Below the pieces are notes generated by a model. The model did no database searches, was not told the DNA's origin, and worked only from the letters and a program-made list of their open reading frames with translations. Shown piece by piece: positions 10,700 through 20,105 of a DNA stretch of 64,000 nt. The position numbers and the translations under genes are program-made. Each line of letters begins with the position of its first letter. The stretch's first letter is position 1. The stretch is from contig OY969695.1 in NCBI GenBank assembly GCA_963701965.1, positions 2,976,001 to 3,040,000 on the forward strand. Reading direction: 5' to 3'. This DNA is from an uncultured Gemmatimonadales bacterium. Lineage in GTDB: Bacteria > Gemmatimonadota > Gemmatimonadetes > Gemmatimonadales > Gemmatimonadaceae.

Positions 10700-11851
10700 A
10701 TGCAAGAAGAACCGGCCGACTTCCTGACGCTCGTTCGCCAACGCGAACGCGGGAAACTCAAGCTGTACATCGGCTCGGCGGCCGGCGTGGGGAAGACGTA
10801 CCGGATGCTCAACGAAGCGCGCGAGCTCCGGAGTCGCGGGGTCGACGTGGTCGTGGGATTCGTGGAAACCCATGGCCGCGCCGATACCGCGGCGCAGGTC
10901 GCCGATCTGGAAGTCGTGCCCCGCAAGTCCATCACGTATCGCGGCGTGACGCTGGAGGACATGGACGTCGATGCCATCCTCCGGCGCCACCCGGAGGTCG
11001 CGGTCGTCGATGAGCTGGCCCACACGAACGTGCCGGGCGCCAAGCACGCCAAACGCTGGGAAGACGTGATCGAGCTACTGGACGAAGGGATCAACGTCAT
11101 CTCGGCGGTCAACATCCAACATCTCGAGTCGCTGAACGACGTCGTGGCCGAGACGTTGGGCGTCACGGTGCGCGAAACCGTCCCCGACTGGCTGCTGGCC
11201 ACCGCCGACCAGGTCGTGAATCTCGACATCGCGGTGCCCGACCTCCGGCAACGGCTCGCCGAGGGCAAGATCTACCCCAAGGAAAAGATCCAGTCCGCCC
11301 TCTCCAACTTCTTCACCGAAGAGAACCTGACCACGCTTCGCGAGCTCGCGCTCCGCGAGGTGGCCAGCACCGTGGACCGCTCCCGGGAGCAGATCGTCCG
11401 GCGCGAGGCCGGCGAACCGGTGGCCCGGAAAACCGTGGACCGCCTCCTGGTGGCGCTGTCCAGCGATCCACCGCACACGGCGGTACTGTTGAGAAAGGCC
11501 AGCCGGATCGCCGGCCGGCTGAACACGGACTGGTACTGCGTGTACGTTCAGACACCGGACGAAGCGGCGGATCGGATCGACTCGACCGTACAGCGGCGCC
11601 TGGTGGCCAATATCCAGCGCGCCCAGGCGATGGGCGCGGAGGTCGTGAAGCTCATTGGGACCGATGTGTCCGCGACCCTCCTCGCGTTCGCGCGCGAGAA
11701 GGGCGTCACCGTGATCATCGCCGGGCAGAGCCGGCGGCCCCTGTGGCATAGGCTGCTGCACCAGTCGGTCGTGCACCGGCTGATCAACAATGAGCAGGGA
11801 GTGGATGTCATGGTCGCGTCGGCCGAAGGCACCGAGAGGGACGACGGGTGA
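10700..11851 (+). CDS. Stand-alone KdpD N-terminal sensor domain plus USP domain
   Basis: RGKLKLYIGSAAGVGKTYRML, VETHGR, VDELAHTN, NIQHLESLND, LRELALREVA, then a USP domain; no kinase domain. Confidence 0.92.
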   Translation: MQEEPADFLTLVRQRERGKLKLYIGSAAGVGKTYRMLNEARELRSRGVDVVVGFVETHGRADTAAQVADLEVVPRKSITYRGVTLEDMDVDAILRRHPEVAVVDELAHTNVPGAKHAKRWEDVIELLDEGINVISAVNIQHLESLNDVVAETLGVTVRETVPDWLLATADQVVNLDIAVPDLRQRLAEGKIYPKEKIQSALSNFFTEENLTTLRELALREVASTVDRSREQIVRREAGEPVARKTVDRLLVALSSDPPHTAVLLRKASRIAGRLNTDWYCVYVQTPDEAADRIDSTVQRRLVANIQRAQAMGAEVVKLIGTDVSATLLAFAREKGVTVIIAGQSRRPLWHRLLHQSVVHRLINNEQGVDVMVASAEGTERDDG

Positions 11852-12777
11852 GCGTCGCTACGCGGCTCTTTTTGTCGACCGTGCCGGCCATCCTCGGGGT
11901 ATTCACCGTCGCGGGGCTGGCCTATTGGGGCCGGTACGATCGACAGGCGCCGCACGTCCTGGTGATCACCGCCGTCATCGCGTCGGTCGGCTCGCTGATC
12001 ATGGCGTGGATGAACACGCGCTACGTGGCGCGGCGCGTCGAGCGACTGGCGGCCGCGTCCAGCGGCACCGGCGACGAGCTCGATCGCATCGAGCAGTCGG
12101 TCGAGCGGCTCACCGCGGAGCTCGACCACATCAAGTCCGAAACCGAGGCCCACGAGGCCCAGGCCGGGCAGAAGTTGCGCGAATACGCCGCGCTCCTGGC
12201 CGATGCGACATCCGACGCCATGAAGCAGCTCGACGAGGCCCGGCTGCCGCTGCACATCCTGCTCGATAACAAGTTCGGCGATCTCAACGAAAACCAGGAA
12301 GAGATGCTGGCGGCCGCGCGGGCCGCCGTCGAACACGCCGATGGCCGCATGCGCCGGCTGCGCGAGATCGTCGACATCGATCGCGGGCAGTTGACGTTGC
12401 GTCGCGACCCGGTGCGCACCGGGGATCTCATTGCGTCGCTGCTCCCCGGGTTGAACGCCCAGGGCCAAGAGGCCGGCGTGGAGATCACCACTGACGTGGC
12501 ACCCGCGTTGCCGCGCGTCACCGGCGATCGCGCCAAACTCCAGGAGGCGTGCAACCTGCTGCTCAGCGAGCGGGTGCGCGCGCTGCCGCCGGGCAGCCGG
12601 GTGGAGATTTCTGCGGAACCGTCCGGTGACGTCGTGCAGATCGACGTCAAGCACGCGGGCAAGCTGGCCGGCGACGGCGCGGACGCCGCGCTGGCGCGGC
12701 GGTTGATCGCCGCCAACGGCGGCGCGGTCGAGGACAAGGACGGCGTCACGAGGATCACCCTGCCATGCGCCCGATAG
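11848..12777 (+). CDS. Membrane protein with degenerate histidine-kinase fold (pseudokinase)
   Basis: Two TM helices, coiled coil, HisKA-like GDLNENQEEML and HATPase-like VTGDRAKLQEA, but no H, N or G boxes. Confidence 0.65.
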   Translation: MSVATRLFLSTVPAILGVFTVAGLAYWGRYDRQAPHVLVITAVIASVGSLIMAWMNTRYVARRVERLAAASSGTGDELDRIEQSVERLTAELDHIKSETEAHEAQAGQKLREYAALLADATSDAMKQLDEARLPLHILLDNKFGDLNENQEEMLAAARAAVEHADGRMRRLREIVDIDRGQLTLRRDPVRTGDLIASLLPGLNAQGQEAGVEITTDVAPALPRVTGDRAKLQEACNLLLSERVRALPPGSRVEISAEPSGDVVQIDVKHAGKLAGDGADAALARRLIAANGGAVEDKDGVTRITLPCAR

Positions 12778-13715
12778 GACTGGTCGTCATTGCCGCGGCA
12801 TTCGCCGCACCGACGATCGTCGAATATCCGATTCCGCGCGCCGGTGCGTTCCCGCACGATCCCGCGGTCGGCAAAGACGGGATCGTGTGGTACACGGACC
12901 AGGCCAACAGCTACATCGGCCGCCTCGATCCGGCAACGGGCCGGATCACGGACTACGCGACGCCGACCCCGCAGTCCGGTCCCCATGGGATCACCGTCGC
13001 GCCGGACGGCGGCGTATGGTATACCGCGAACCGCGTGGGCAAGATCGGCCGGCTGGATCCCGCGACCGGGCGGATTCGCGAGTTCTCTCTGCCAAGAGAA
13101 GCGGAAGACCCCCACACGCTGATTTTTTTCGGCGATCACATCTGGTTCACGGTGCAGCAGTCGGATCTCTACGGCTCGCTCGATCCGGCCACCGGACAGG
13201 CCCGCGTCTGGCCCGTGCCGGTGAAAGGCGCGCTACCGTATGGTATCGCGCCAGCGCCGGACGGATCGCTGTGGGTCGCGCTCTTCGGCACGAATCAACT
13301 CGGGCGTATCACCACGGCCGACGGCCGCATGACGCTCCATCCGTTGGCCGACCCGCTCACGCGGCCGCGGCGCATCGTGGTCGACGGCGGTGGCCACGTC
13401 TGGTACACCGACTACGCCCGCGGGCGCCTCGGGATGTACGACCCGGCGACGGCGCTGGAGAAGCAATGGCCGGCGCCGGACGGGAAGGGCTCGGGGCCCT
13501 ACGGCATCGCGATCGCCCCGGACGGAACGATCTGGTACTGCGAGTCGGGGAACAGCCGCCTGGTCGCGTTCGACCCCAAGACGGGCCAGTCGAAAACGGT
13601 CGACATCCCGACCAAAGGCGCGATCGTGCGCAATATGGAGACTGACTCGACGCGCGGCCGGCTCTGGCTGGCGCTGAGTGGCACGGGGCGCATTGGCCAG
13701 GTCCGTCTACGATAG
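12765..13715 (+). CDS. Exported Vgb-lyase-like beta-propeller
   Basis: Repeats of PHGITVAPDGGVWYT...IGRLDPATG; N-terminal signal-like segment. Confidence 0.85.
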   Translation: MRPIGLVVIAAAFAAPTIVEYPIPRAGAFPHDPAVGKDGIVWYTDQANSYIGRLDPATGRITDYATPTPQSGPHGITVAPDGGVWYTANRVGKIGRLDPATGRIREFSLPREAEDPHTLIFFGDHIWFTVQQSDLYGSLDPATGQARVWPVPVKGALPYGIAPAPDGSLWVALFGTNQLGRITTADGRMTLHPLADPLTRPRRIVVDGGGHVWYTDYARGRLGMYDPATALEKQWPAPDGKGSGPYGIAIAPDGTIWYCESGNSRLVAFDPKTGQSKTVDIPTKGAIVRNMETDSTRGRLWLALSGTGRIGQVRLR

Positions 13716-13747
13716 CGTCCCGTTGTACCCGCAGCCACATTTCCGCC

Positions 13748-14716
13748 GTGCACAGCGCTCACTCCATCTCCGTCCTCCAACGCGTCGCTCCGGCGATCGT
13801 CGCCATCGCGTCCTTCGCCGCCGCGGCCTGCGTGGGCTCGACCCCCCCGCTGCCGCCCCCCGCGGTCGCCGACACCGTCTGCGCGCGCGGCGCGCTGGCC
13901 GTCGGCGGCTCCAAGACCGGGAGCTTCAACATCCTGAATGGATGCCGGACCCTCGACATCGTCACGGGTGAGACGTCCTACGCCCATTCCTACAGTGTGT
14001 CGCTGACGCCAGGCCAAGGGTACCTGGCGACCATGTACACGACGGACGTCGGCTATTACTACATGAAGAGCGCCCTGGAGTTGATCGGCAAGCACGCGGC
14101 CGTCCAGGACACCAGCAAGGACTCCGTGCTGGCCTACGATTCGTACTATTGGCCGTACTGGACGACGTTGGCATTCGTCGCCGACTCGACGAAAGTCACC
14201 TCGATTCGTACGGCGACGGCGGACTCGCAGTCCGTGGACACCGGGTCGTACATCGTCAGTCTTACTTCGTGCAAAGCGCCCCTGGTGAATGTCGTAGACT
14301 CGGCGACCCATCCGGACACGCTCAAGGCCACCGACTGCTTGATGCCGGTGGGTAACTTCAACGTCCTCGACAGCTCACGCGTTCAGCTGTATTCCGTGCA
14401 CTTCGACGCCAACACAGCGCGGACGATCACGTGGAGCGCCAACCGGCCGATGGCCGTCGTCGTCGGACCGACGTACGACACGTACGCCGAGCTCGCGGGA
14501 TCGTTGGGGTCGACGAGCTACGGCATCTCCACCGGTTCGCTGGAGTTCGCCGCGCCCCGAACGGGGACGTACACGATCATTTTCGGGACGTACGGCTTCT
14601 CGACCGCGCCCGTACCCTATACGATCGGCATCGGCGGCGAGCACACGCCCACGGCGTCCGTGGCTACTCTGTTTTCCAGAAGTCGATCCCGCCCGCTTGT
14701 TGGCCCACGTCGATAG
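13748..14716 (+). CDS. Hypothetical lipoprotein, beta-rich (PPC-like domains possible)
   Basis: Hydrophobic leader ending FAAAAC; Tyr/Thr/Ser-rich, GTYTIIF; in-frame coding-style composition. Confidence 0.65.
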   Translation: MHSAHSISVLQRVAPAIVAIASFAAAACVGSTPPLPPPAVADTVCARGALAVGGSKTGSFNILNGCRTLDIVTGETSYAHSYSVSLTPGQGYLATMYTTDVGYYYMKSALELIGKHAAVQDTSKDSVLAYDSYYWPYWTTLAFVADSTKVTSIRTATADSQSVDTGSYIVSLTSCKAPLVNVVDSATHPDTLKATDCLMPVGNFNVLDSSRVQLYSVHFDANTARTITWSANRPMAVVVGPTYDTYAELAGSLGSTSYGISTGSLEFAAPRTGTYTIIFGTYGFSTAPVPYTIGIGGEHTPTASVATLFSRSRSRPLVGPRR

Positions 14717-15737
14717 CGGCCACCTTCTGGAACGTCGACAGGTCGATCACGTCGACGGTGCCGGGTTCTGATCCGATCCCCTCGTCGGTGACGAACGCGT
14801 AGCGGTCGTCGCTGGACACCGCGACGCCGCTGGCCACTTTGCGGGTGGTGGCCACCCGGGCCACTTCGCGCCCCGAGGCCACGTCGACGATCGACACGGA
14901 TTGGGCGCGCTTGTTGGTGCCGATCAGCAGCTTGCCGTCGTGCGTGACGGCCAGATTGTACACGCCGTCGCCGAACGGCATCCGGCGCGTCATCGTCCAC
15001 GCGCCCACGTCGATCTCCACGACGTCGTTGCTCTTGTTGCAGGCGACCCAGACTTTCGTGCCGTCGGGTGATGGCTGGGCCCAGGTCGGCGAGCACGTCG
15101 CCGCCAGGTGATGCGCTGGCGCCGACACGCCGTGCTCGGCGCCCTTGGCGACGCTGAACCAACGGGCCACGCGCAGCGCCCGGGCGTCGATCTCGACCAG
15201 CAGGTCATCCATCATGCACGCCGAATAGTGGCGCGTCCCCGCCGCGTTCAACCGCGACCCGTGGGGCATCGTGCACGTCGGGATCCGGGCGATCTCCGTC
15301 ATCCCGTCGGTGTACACGACCGACACCAATGAGGGGACCATGTCGCCATACAGGTTGAAGTTCACGACGTAGACATACGCGTTGTCCGGTGTCACCTGCA
15401 GCGTCGCCGGAAAGAGCCCCAGCGGCACGCGTCCCACCAGCGTGTCGCCCTGCGTCGTGTATTTCCAGAGCGCGCCCGTGGGCGTCCCGTGCGCCGTCGA
15501 CACGTAGTAGTACCGGCGGTCTGGCGAGACGCCGAGCCCGTGCGGGCCCACCATCTCGGTGGGGTTGAACCCCATCCGGATTTGGTGGTCCACCCGGGCG
15601 CCGCTGGGGCCGAACCGCACCAACGCCACATGGTCGTCGCCTTCGGAACCGACGAAGACCAGGTAGTCGACCTTGGGCGGCGCGCCGCGGCCCGCGGCGA
15701 GGCCCAGCGCCAGGCCTAGGGCCAGCGCCCGTATCAC
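14664..15737 (-). CDS. YncE-family beta-propeller protein (exported)
   Basis: GTG start at 15737 overlapping the upstream stop; PHGLGVSPD, PHGSRL and YVTN-like repeats. Confidence 0.85.
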   Translation of the reverse strand: MIRALALGLALGLAAGRGAPPKVDYLVFVGSEGDDHVALVRFGPSGARVDHQIRMGFNPTEMVGPHGLGVSPDRRYYYVSTAHGTPTGALWKYTTQGDTLVGRVPLGLFPATLQVTPDNAYVYVVNFNLYGDMVPSLVSVVYTDGMTEIARIPTCTMPHGSRLNAAGTRHYSACMMDDLLVEIDARALRVARWFSVAKGAEHGVSAPAHHLAATCSPTWAQPSPDGTKVWVACNKSNDVVEIDVGAWTMTRRMPFGDGVYNLAVTHDGKLLIGTNKRAQSVSIVDVASGREVARVATTRKVASGVAVSSDDRYAFVTDEGIGSEPGTVDVIDLSTFQKVAAIDVGQQAGGIDFWKTE

Positions 15738-17743
15738 GGGATCACGGGCGGTTTCGGATCGACGCGTACGATCCACAGGCCGTTGTTGAAGTCGTTCACG
15801 TACGCCAACCCGTCTTTGGGATTCACGACCACCCCCCAGGTCGACGCCGAGTTCTGCACGAACCCGTCCATGTCCGCCGTATTGAGCGACGCGATCTCGC
15901 GGCCCTGCGCGCGGAGGTCGCCTTTGAGCTCGCCGGAGATGTCGAAGACGTGGAACCCCGCGTCGTAGGCGCCCATGTACAGCGTATCCGCCACCACCCA
16001 CACGTTGTGCACGCCGCCCGCCTCCGGCGTGTACCACGCCACGGAATGCGGATGCTCGATGTCGCTGACGTCGACCACCTGCAGCGTGCCGTACATCCGG
16101 TCCGCCGCCGCGTCCTTGGCGCCGCGCACCTCGCCGTTCCGGTACACTTCGTCGGCGATGAACACGTACTGGTTGTGCCGCCAGGCCGTGTGCGTGCCGC
16201 GGTTGAATCCCGGCGCCGATGCCGCTTCCACGTCGCGATACAGCGAGTCGAGATCGTACTTGAACTGCGAGACCATCACCGGGTGCGACGGGCTGCCCCC
16301 CTTGATGCCGTTCCCGATGTCGAGGATGACGAGTCCGTCGTTCCAATAGGCGGCGTACAACAGCCCATTCTGGACATCAATGTCGTGGACATAGCGGGCC
16401 ACATCGGGCCGCTTGGTCCGGAATTCCCCGACCTGCTTGGGATGATACGGATCGTTGAGATCGATGATGTCGATCGCACCCGTCCCGTCGTTCGTGATGT
16501 AATCGTGCGTCCCGTACTTCTCCTGCTTGTAGATGAAATTCGAGTGCACGCCCGCGGTCACGCCGTCGGTGAACTCGGCGATCTTCTTGGGGTGGAGGGG
16601 CTCTTCCACCGACGCGATGACGATGCCGTTCTTGCGATCGGACGCGCTTTCGCGCGTGAACGACAGATACTTGCCATCGGGGGTCGTCATCATGTCGTTC
16701 ACGAGCCGCGTGTTCGCCTGGATCGAATCCACGATGCGCGGGTGGGACGGATTGCTGATGTCGATCGCGTACAGGCGATCGCCGCCGCCGTGCGTCCCCA
16801 GGTAAGCGACCGTTCCGTTCGGGTGGATCCAGACCTCGGACGTGGGGAACGCTTGCCGACCCAGGCGCCCCACGACGGTGACGCCGCGCCGCACGTTGCG
16901 GGGCTCGGCGTGGACGATCGTGCTGGCCGTCGTGGCGCCCAGCGTTGCCGTGATCAAGTAGTCGCCGGGGTTGTAAGCGACGAAGCTGCCGTCTTGGTCG
17001 AGTTGGCCATTGCCCGGCGCGAATACCCACGTGGGCGTGAGCCCGGCGATCGTGCGGCCTGCCGCGCTCTTGGCGACCGCGGTAAACCGCACGACGTCGC
17101 CCTGGCGGACCGTGGAGTTGGCCGGTGTCACGGTCAATGAGACGATCTTCCCCGCGAGCACCCGGACCGGCAGCGTTGTCGTCGCGCCGCCCGCGGCGAG
17201 GGTGATCTCGGCGCGGCCGGGCGCCACCGCCGTCACGACCCCTTCGGCATCGATTTTCACGACGGTCGTCGCGCTACTCGACCACCGGAACGGCTCGCGG
17301 GCGCGGTCGTTCGCGGCGGAGAACGCGATCGCGTCGAGCCGCATCTGCTGGCCGGGGACCAGTGTCCCGATACGGGTGCGGATCTCGGCGCGGACCGCTT
17401 TTCCGGGGACGACCCGAATGTCGACGGGTTGGATGACCGGTTTCGAGCCCGGGACCAGCGCGGTGACCGTCAGGGGCAACTTGCCCACCGAGCTGGCGAC
17501 GACCATTCCCGTCGAGTCCACCGCGCCTTCGCCTTCTCCGCCCCGCATGGTGAACCGGATGACCGCACCCGGCACGGGTTTCCCTTGCGCGTCCAGGGCG
17601 CGGACCTGCAGCCGCGTCGAGTCTCCCGCGGTCACGGTGTGGACGGGAGGATCGATCACCACCCGCGAGATCGGGGGCGGCGCCGTAGAAGAGTCCTGCT
17701 GCTGCAACGCGAGCAGGAACAACGCGACGTGAGCGAGAGGCAT
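15734..17743 (-). CDS. Ig-like (Big_2) plus LVIVD-repeat exported protein
   Basis: Three Ig-like segments (WSSSATTVVKIDAEGVVTAV); LVIVD repeats (LYAIDISNPSHP, LQVVDVSDIEHP). Confidence 0.85.
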   Translation of the reverse strand: MPLAHVALFLLALQQQDSSTAPPPISRVVIDPPVHTVTAGDSTRLQVRALDAQGKPVPGAVIRFTMRGGEGEGAVDSTGMVVASSVGKLPLTVTALVPGSKPVIQPVDIRVVPGKAVRAEIRTRIGTLVPGQQMRLDAIAFSAANDRAREPFRWSSSATTVVKIDAEGVVTAVAPGRAEITLAAGGATTTLPVRVLAGKIVSLTVTPANSTVRQGDVVRFTAVAKSAAGRTIAGLTPTWVFAPGNGQLDQDGSFVAYNPGDYLITATLGATTASTIVHAEPRNVRRGVTVVGRLGRQAFPTSEVWIHPNGTVAYLGTHGGGDRLYAIDISNPSHPRIVDSIQANTRLVNDMMTTPDGKYLSFTRESASDRKNGIVIASVEEPLHPKKIAEFTDGVTAGVHSNFIYKQEKYGTHDYITNDGTGAIDIIDLNDPYHPKQVGEFRTKRPDVARYVHDIDVQNGLLYAAYWNDGLVILDIGNGIKGGSPSHPVMVSQFKYDLDSLYRDVEAASAPGFNRGTHTAWRHNQYVFIADEVYRNGEVRGAKDAAADRMYGTLQVVDVSDIEHPHSVAWYTPEAGGVHNVWVVADTLYMGAYDAGFHVFDISGELKGDLRAQGREIASLNTADMDGFVQNSASTWGVVVNPKDGLAYVNDFNNGLWIVRVDPKPPVIP

Positions 17744-17813
17744 GCTACTGACTACCACCCGGCGCCGGGGGGCGCAACGCTCGTTGCGTCAGATGTGTGT
17801 TAGATGCGCGGCG

Positions 17814-18575
17814 CTAGTAGCCGGGTCTTACCAGTAGTGAGTCGCCGGCGCGGATGCGGTTCGACAAGAGCTGGTTCCAGCGCCGCAGCGAATCGACCGG
17901 GACGTGGCTGGCCGCCGCGATCGTCTCCAACGCTTCGCCGCGCTTGACGTGGTGATAGACCGGCGCCCGGGCCAGTTCGGCGGCTTCCTCCTGCACCTTG
18001 AGCGCGCGCGCGGCCGCCGCGCGCTGCGCCGTCTGCCACCCCGTGACGCCGGTCAACAGTCGCTCGGCGTCCTTCCGATCCCGCGCCGCGACGGTGAACC
18101 GATCGTGCGCCGCGCGGGCGCGGAGCGCGATCGTATAGATCCCCGTGACCGGCGAGCGGTTGTCCCGCAGCGACACGGAGTCGAGCCAGAAGCTCGCCAG
18201 CTCCGTCGCCGGCGTCGCCGCGTCGCCGCGGGGCGGCGGCAAGAGCGACGGCACGAGGCCGACGTAGATCACGCGTCGCTCCGTCGTGGCCAGGATGCCC
18301 GGCGTCTCGCGCGGCGTCCACCACACGTGCCGGGTCACCGGCACCGCGTAGACGAGGTGCTCGCCGGAGGTCCGCAGCTCGTCCCGCAGGTGCTGCATGA
18401 TGGCGGGCAGCGGTGGCTCGCCGGGGGCCTCCACCAGGTACATCCCGTACCCGACCACCTGGCGGGCGCCCAGGAGGGCCAGGACCCAGAACGCAACGCG
18501 CGTGAGACGCCGCGTGGACACACCACGCGCGCGCCGGCGAATCGTCTGAAGGGCATGACGGACGTCCACGTGCAC
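17814..18575 (-). CDS. Membrane-anchored LysM domain protein
   Basis: C-terminal YHHVKRGEALETIA...LRRWNQL...IRAGDSLLV; N-terminal TM; start uncertain. Confidence 0.8.
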   Translation of the reverse strand: MHVDVRHALQTIRRRARGVSTRRLTRVAFWVLALLGARQVVGYGMYLVEAPGEPPLPAIMQHLRDELRTSGEHLVYAVPVTRHVWWTPRETPGILATTERRVIYVGLVPSLLPPPRGDAATPATELASFWLDSVSLRDNRSPVTGIYTIALRARAAHDRFTVAARDRKDAERLLTGVTGWQTAQRAAAARALKVQEEAAELARAPVYHHVKRGEALETIAAASHVPVDSLRRWNQLLSNRIRAGDSLLVRPGY

Positions 18576-18592
18576 GACAAAATTTACTCTCG

Positions 18593-20104
18593 ATGAATGT
18601 CGAACGCGCTGCCACGCGCGTGGTGCAGGCCGGCGCGCTCGCCGTCGTCCTCGCCGCGCTCCCCTACAAGACATTTGACCTCGACCGCTACTTCGTCCCG
18701 AAGGAGCTGGTGCTCGGTCTCACGGCGGGGATCGCGGCGCTCCTGGTGCTGCGCCGGTCGCTCACGCCGACCCGCGTCGACGCCCTGCTCGTGGCCTATC
18801 TGGCCCTCAGCACGGCGTCGGCCGCGACGGCGGTGAACGGTTGGCTCGCCTGGCGCGCGTTGGCCGTCAGTCTGGGAGGCGCGGCGATGTTCTGGATCGC
18901 CAGAGCCTTAGCCCGCGCGGGGAAGGGCCGCGCGCTCCTGGGAGGCGTGGCGTTCGCCGTCGTGATCGCGGCCGGGACGGCCCTCTTTCAGGCTTACGGC
19001 GGCCACGGGGACTTCTTGAGTCTCAATCGCGCCCCCGGCGGCACGCTCGGAAACCGGAACTTCATCGCCCACGTCGCGGCGATCGGCCTCCCGGTGCTCG
19101 TGCTCCTGGCCTTCGATGCCCGCCTCCTGGGGCGCGTCGCCGCCACGGTAGGTATCGGTGTGGTGGCCTGGGCCCTCGTCCTGTCCCGGTCGCGCGCGGC
19201 CTGGCTGGCCGTGGGGCTCGCTGCCGCCCTGGCGCTCGCCGTGGCGCTCCGCCACCGGCTCCCGGTCGGCCGGAGCCTCACCATCGCCGCCGCCGCCGGG
19301 ATCGGGGCGCTGGCGGCCGTGGCGCTGCCCAACTCCCTGCACTGGCGCAGCCGGTCGCCGTATCTCGATTCGGCGCTCGGCGTCGCCGACTACCGGGAGG
19401 GGAGCGGACACGGACGCCTGGTGCAGTACGGCGGCACCGTGCGCATGGCGCGGGCGCACCCGTTGCTCGGCGTGGGACCGGGCAACTGGCCGGTCGCGTA
19501 TCCCAAATACGCGGCGCCCAACGACCCTTCGCTCGACGACGAGAGCATGACGGCGAATCCGTGGCCGAGCAGCGACTGGGCCGCTTTCGTGTCGGAGCGC
19601 GGAGTGCTCGCCACCGCGTGCCTGGCCCTGGCGCTCTTGGCCCTGGCCGCCAGTCGCGGCGCGCCACTGGCGCTGACCGCGACCATCCTCACGGTCGCCG
19701 TGGTCGGCTGCTTTGACGCCGTGCTGCTGCTCCCCACGCCCACGTTACTGGTGTGGGCGACCCTCGGCGCCCTGGCCCCGGCGCCCTCGCGCAGCGTCCA
19801 AGTGCTTTTGCGCGCACCCCTGCGCACGCTCACCGTGGGCGTCATCGCCATCCTCGGCGTGGCCGCCGTCGGCCGCAGCGCCCAACAGGCCGTCGCCATG
19901 GCGCTGGCCAACGACACCACGTCGGAGCGCACCTTGGAGTTCGCCGCGCGCGTCGACCCCGGATCCTACCGCCTGCACATGCGGGCCGCCGAGGAAGACG
20001 AGCGGCGTGGTCGTTGCGCGGCGGCGACCGCCCAGGCGACCACGGCCCATCATCTCTTCCCGGCGGCTCCCGCGCCTCGTCATGTGCTGGCGCGGTGCCG
20101 GTGA
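18593..20104 (+). CDS. O-antigen ligase-like (Wzy_C) membrane protein
   Basis: GTLGNRNF, LSRSRAAW, HPLLGVGPGNW; multiple TM helices. Confidence 0.85.
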   Translation: MNVERAATRVVQAGALAVVLAALPYKTFDLDRYFVPKELVLGLTAGIAALLVLRRSLTPTRVDALLVAYLALSTASAATAVNGWLAWRALAVSLGGAAMFWIARALARAGKGRALLGGVAFAVVIAAGTALFQAYGGHGDFLSLNRAPGGTLGNRNFIAHVAAIGLPVLVLLAFDARLLGRVAATVGIGVVAWALVLSRSRAAWLAVGLAAALALAVALRHRLPVGRSLTIAAAAGIGALAAVALPNSLHWRSRSPYLDSALGVADYREGSGHGRLVQYGGTVRMARAHPLLGVGPGNWPVAYPKYAAPNDPSLDDESMTANPWPSSDWAAFVSERGVLATACLALALLALAASRGAPLALTATILTVAVVGCFDAVLLLPTPTLLVWATLGALAPAPSRSVQVLLRAPLRTLTVGVIAILGVAAVGRSAQQAVAMALANDTTSERTLEFAARVDPGSYRLHMRAAEEDERRGRCAAATAQATTAHHLFPAAPAPRHVLARCR

Positions 20105-20105
20105 G

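Noticed and set aside
12765..13715. Streptogramin B resistance gene
   Set aside because: Only the fold resembles Vgb; it has a signal-like N-terminus and no mobile or resistance context
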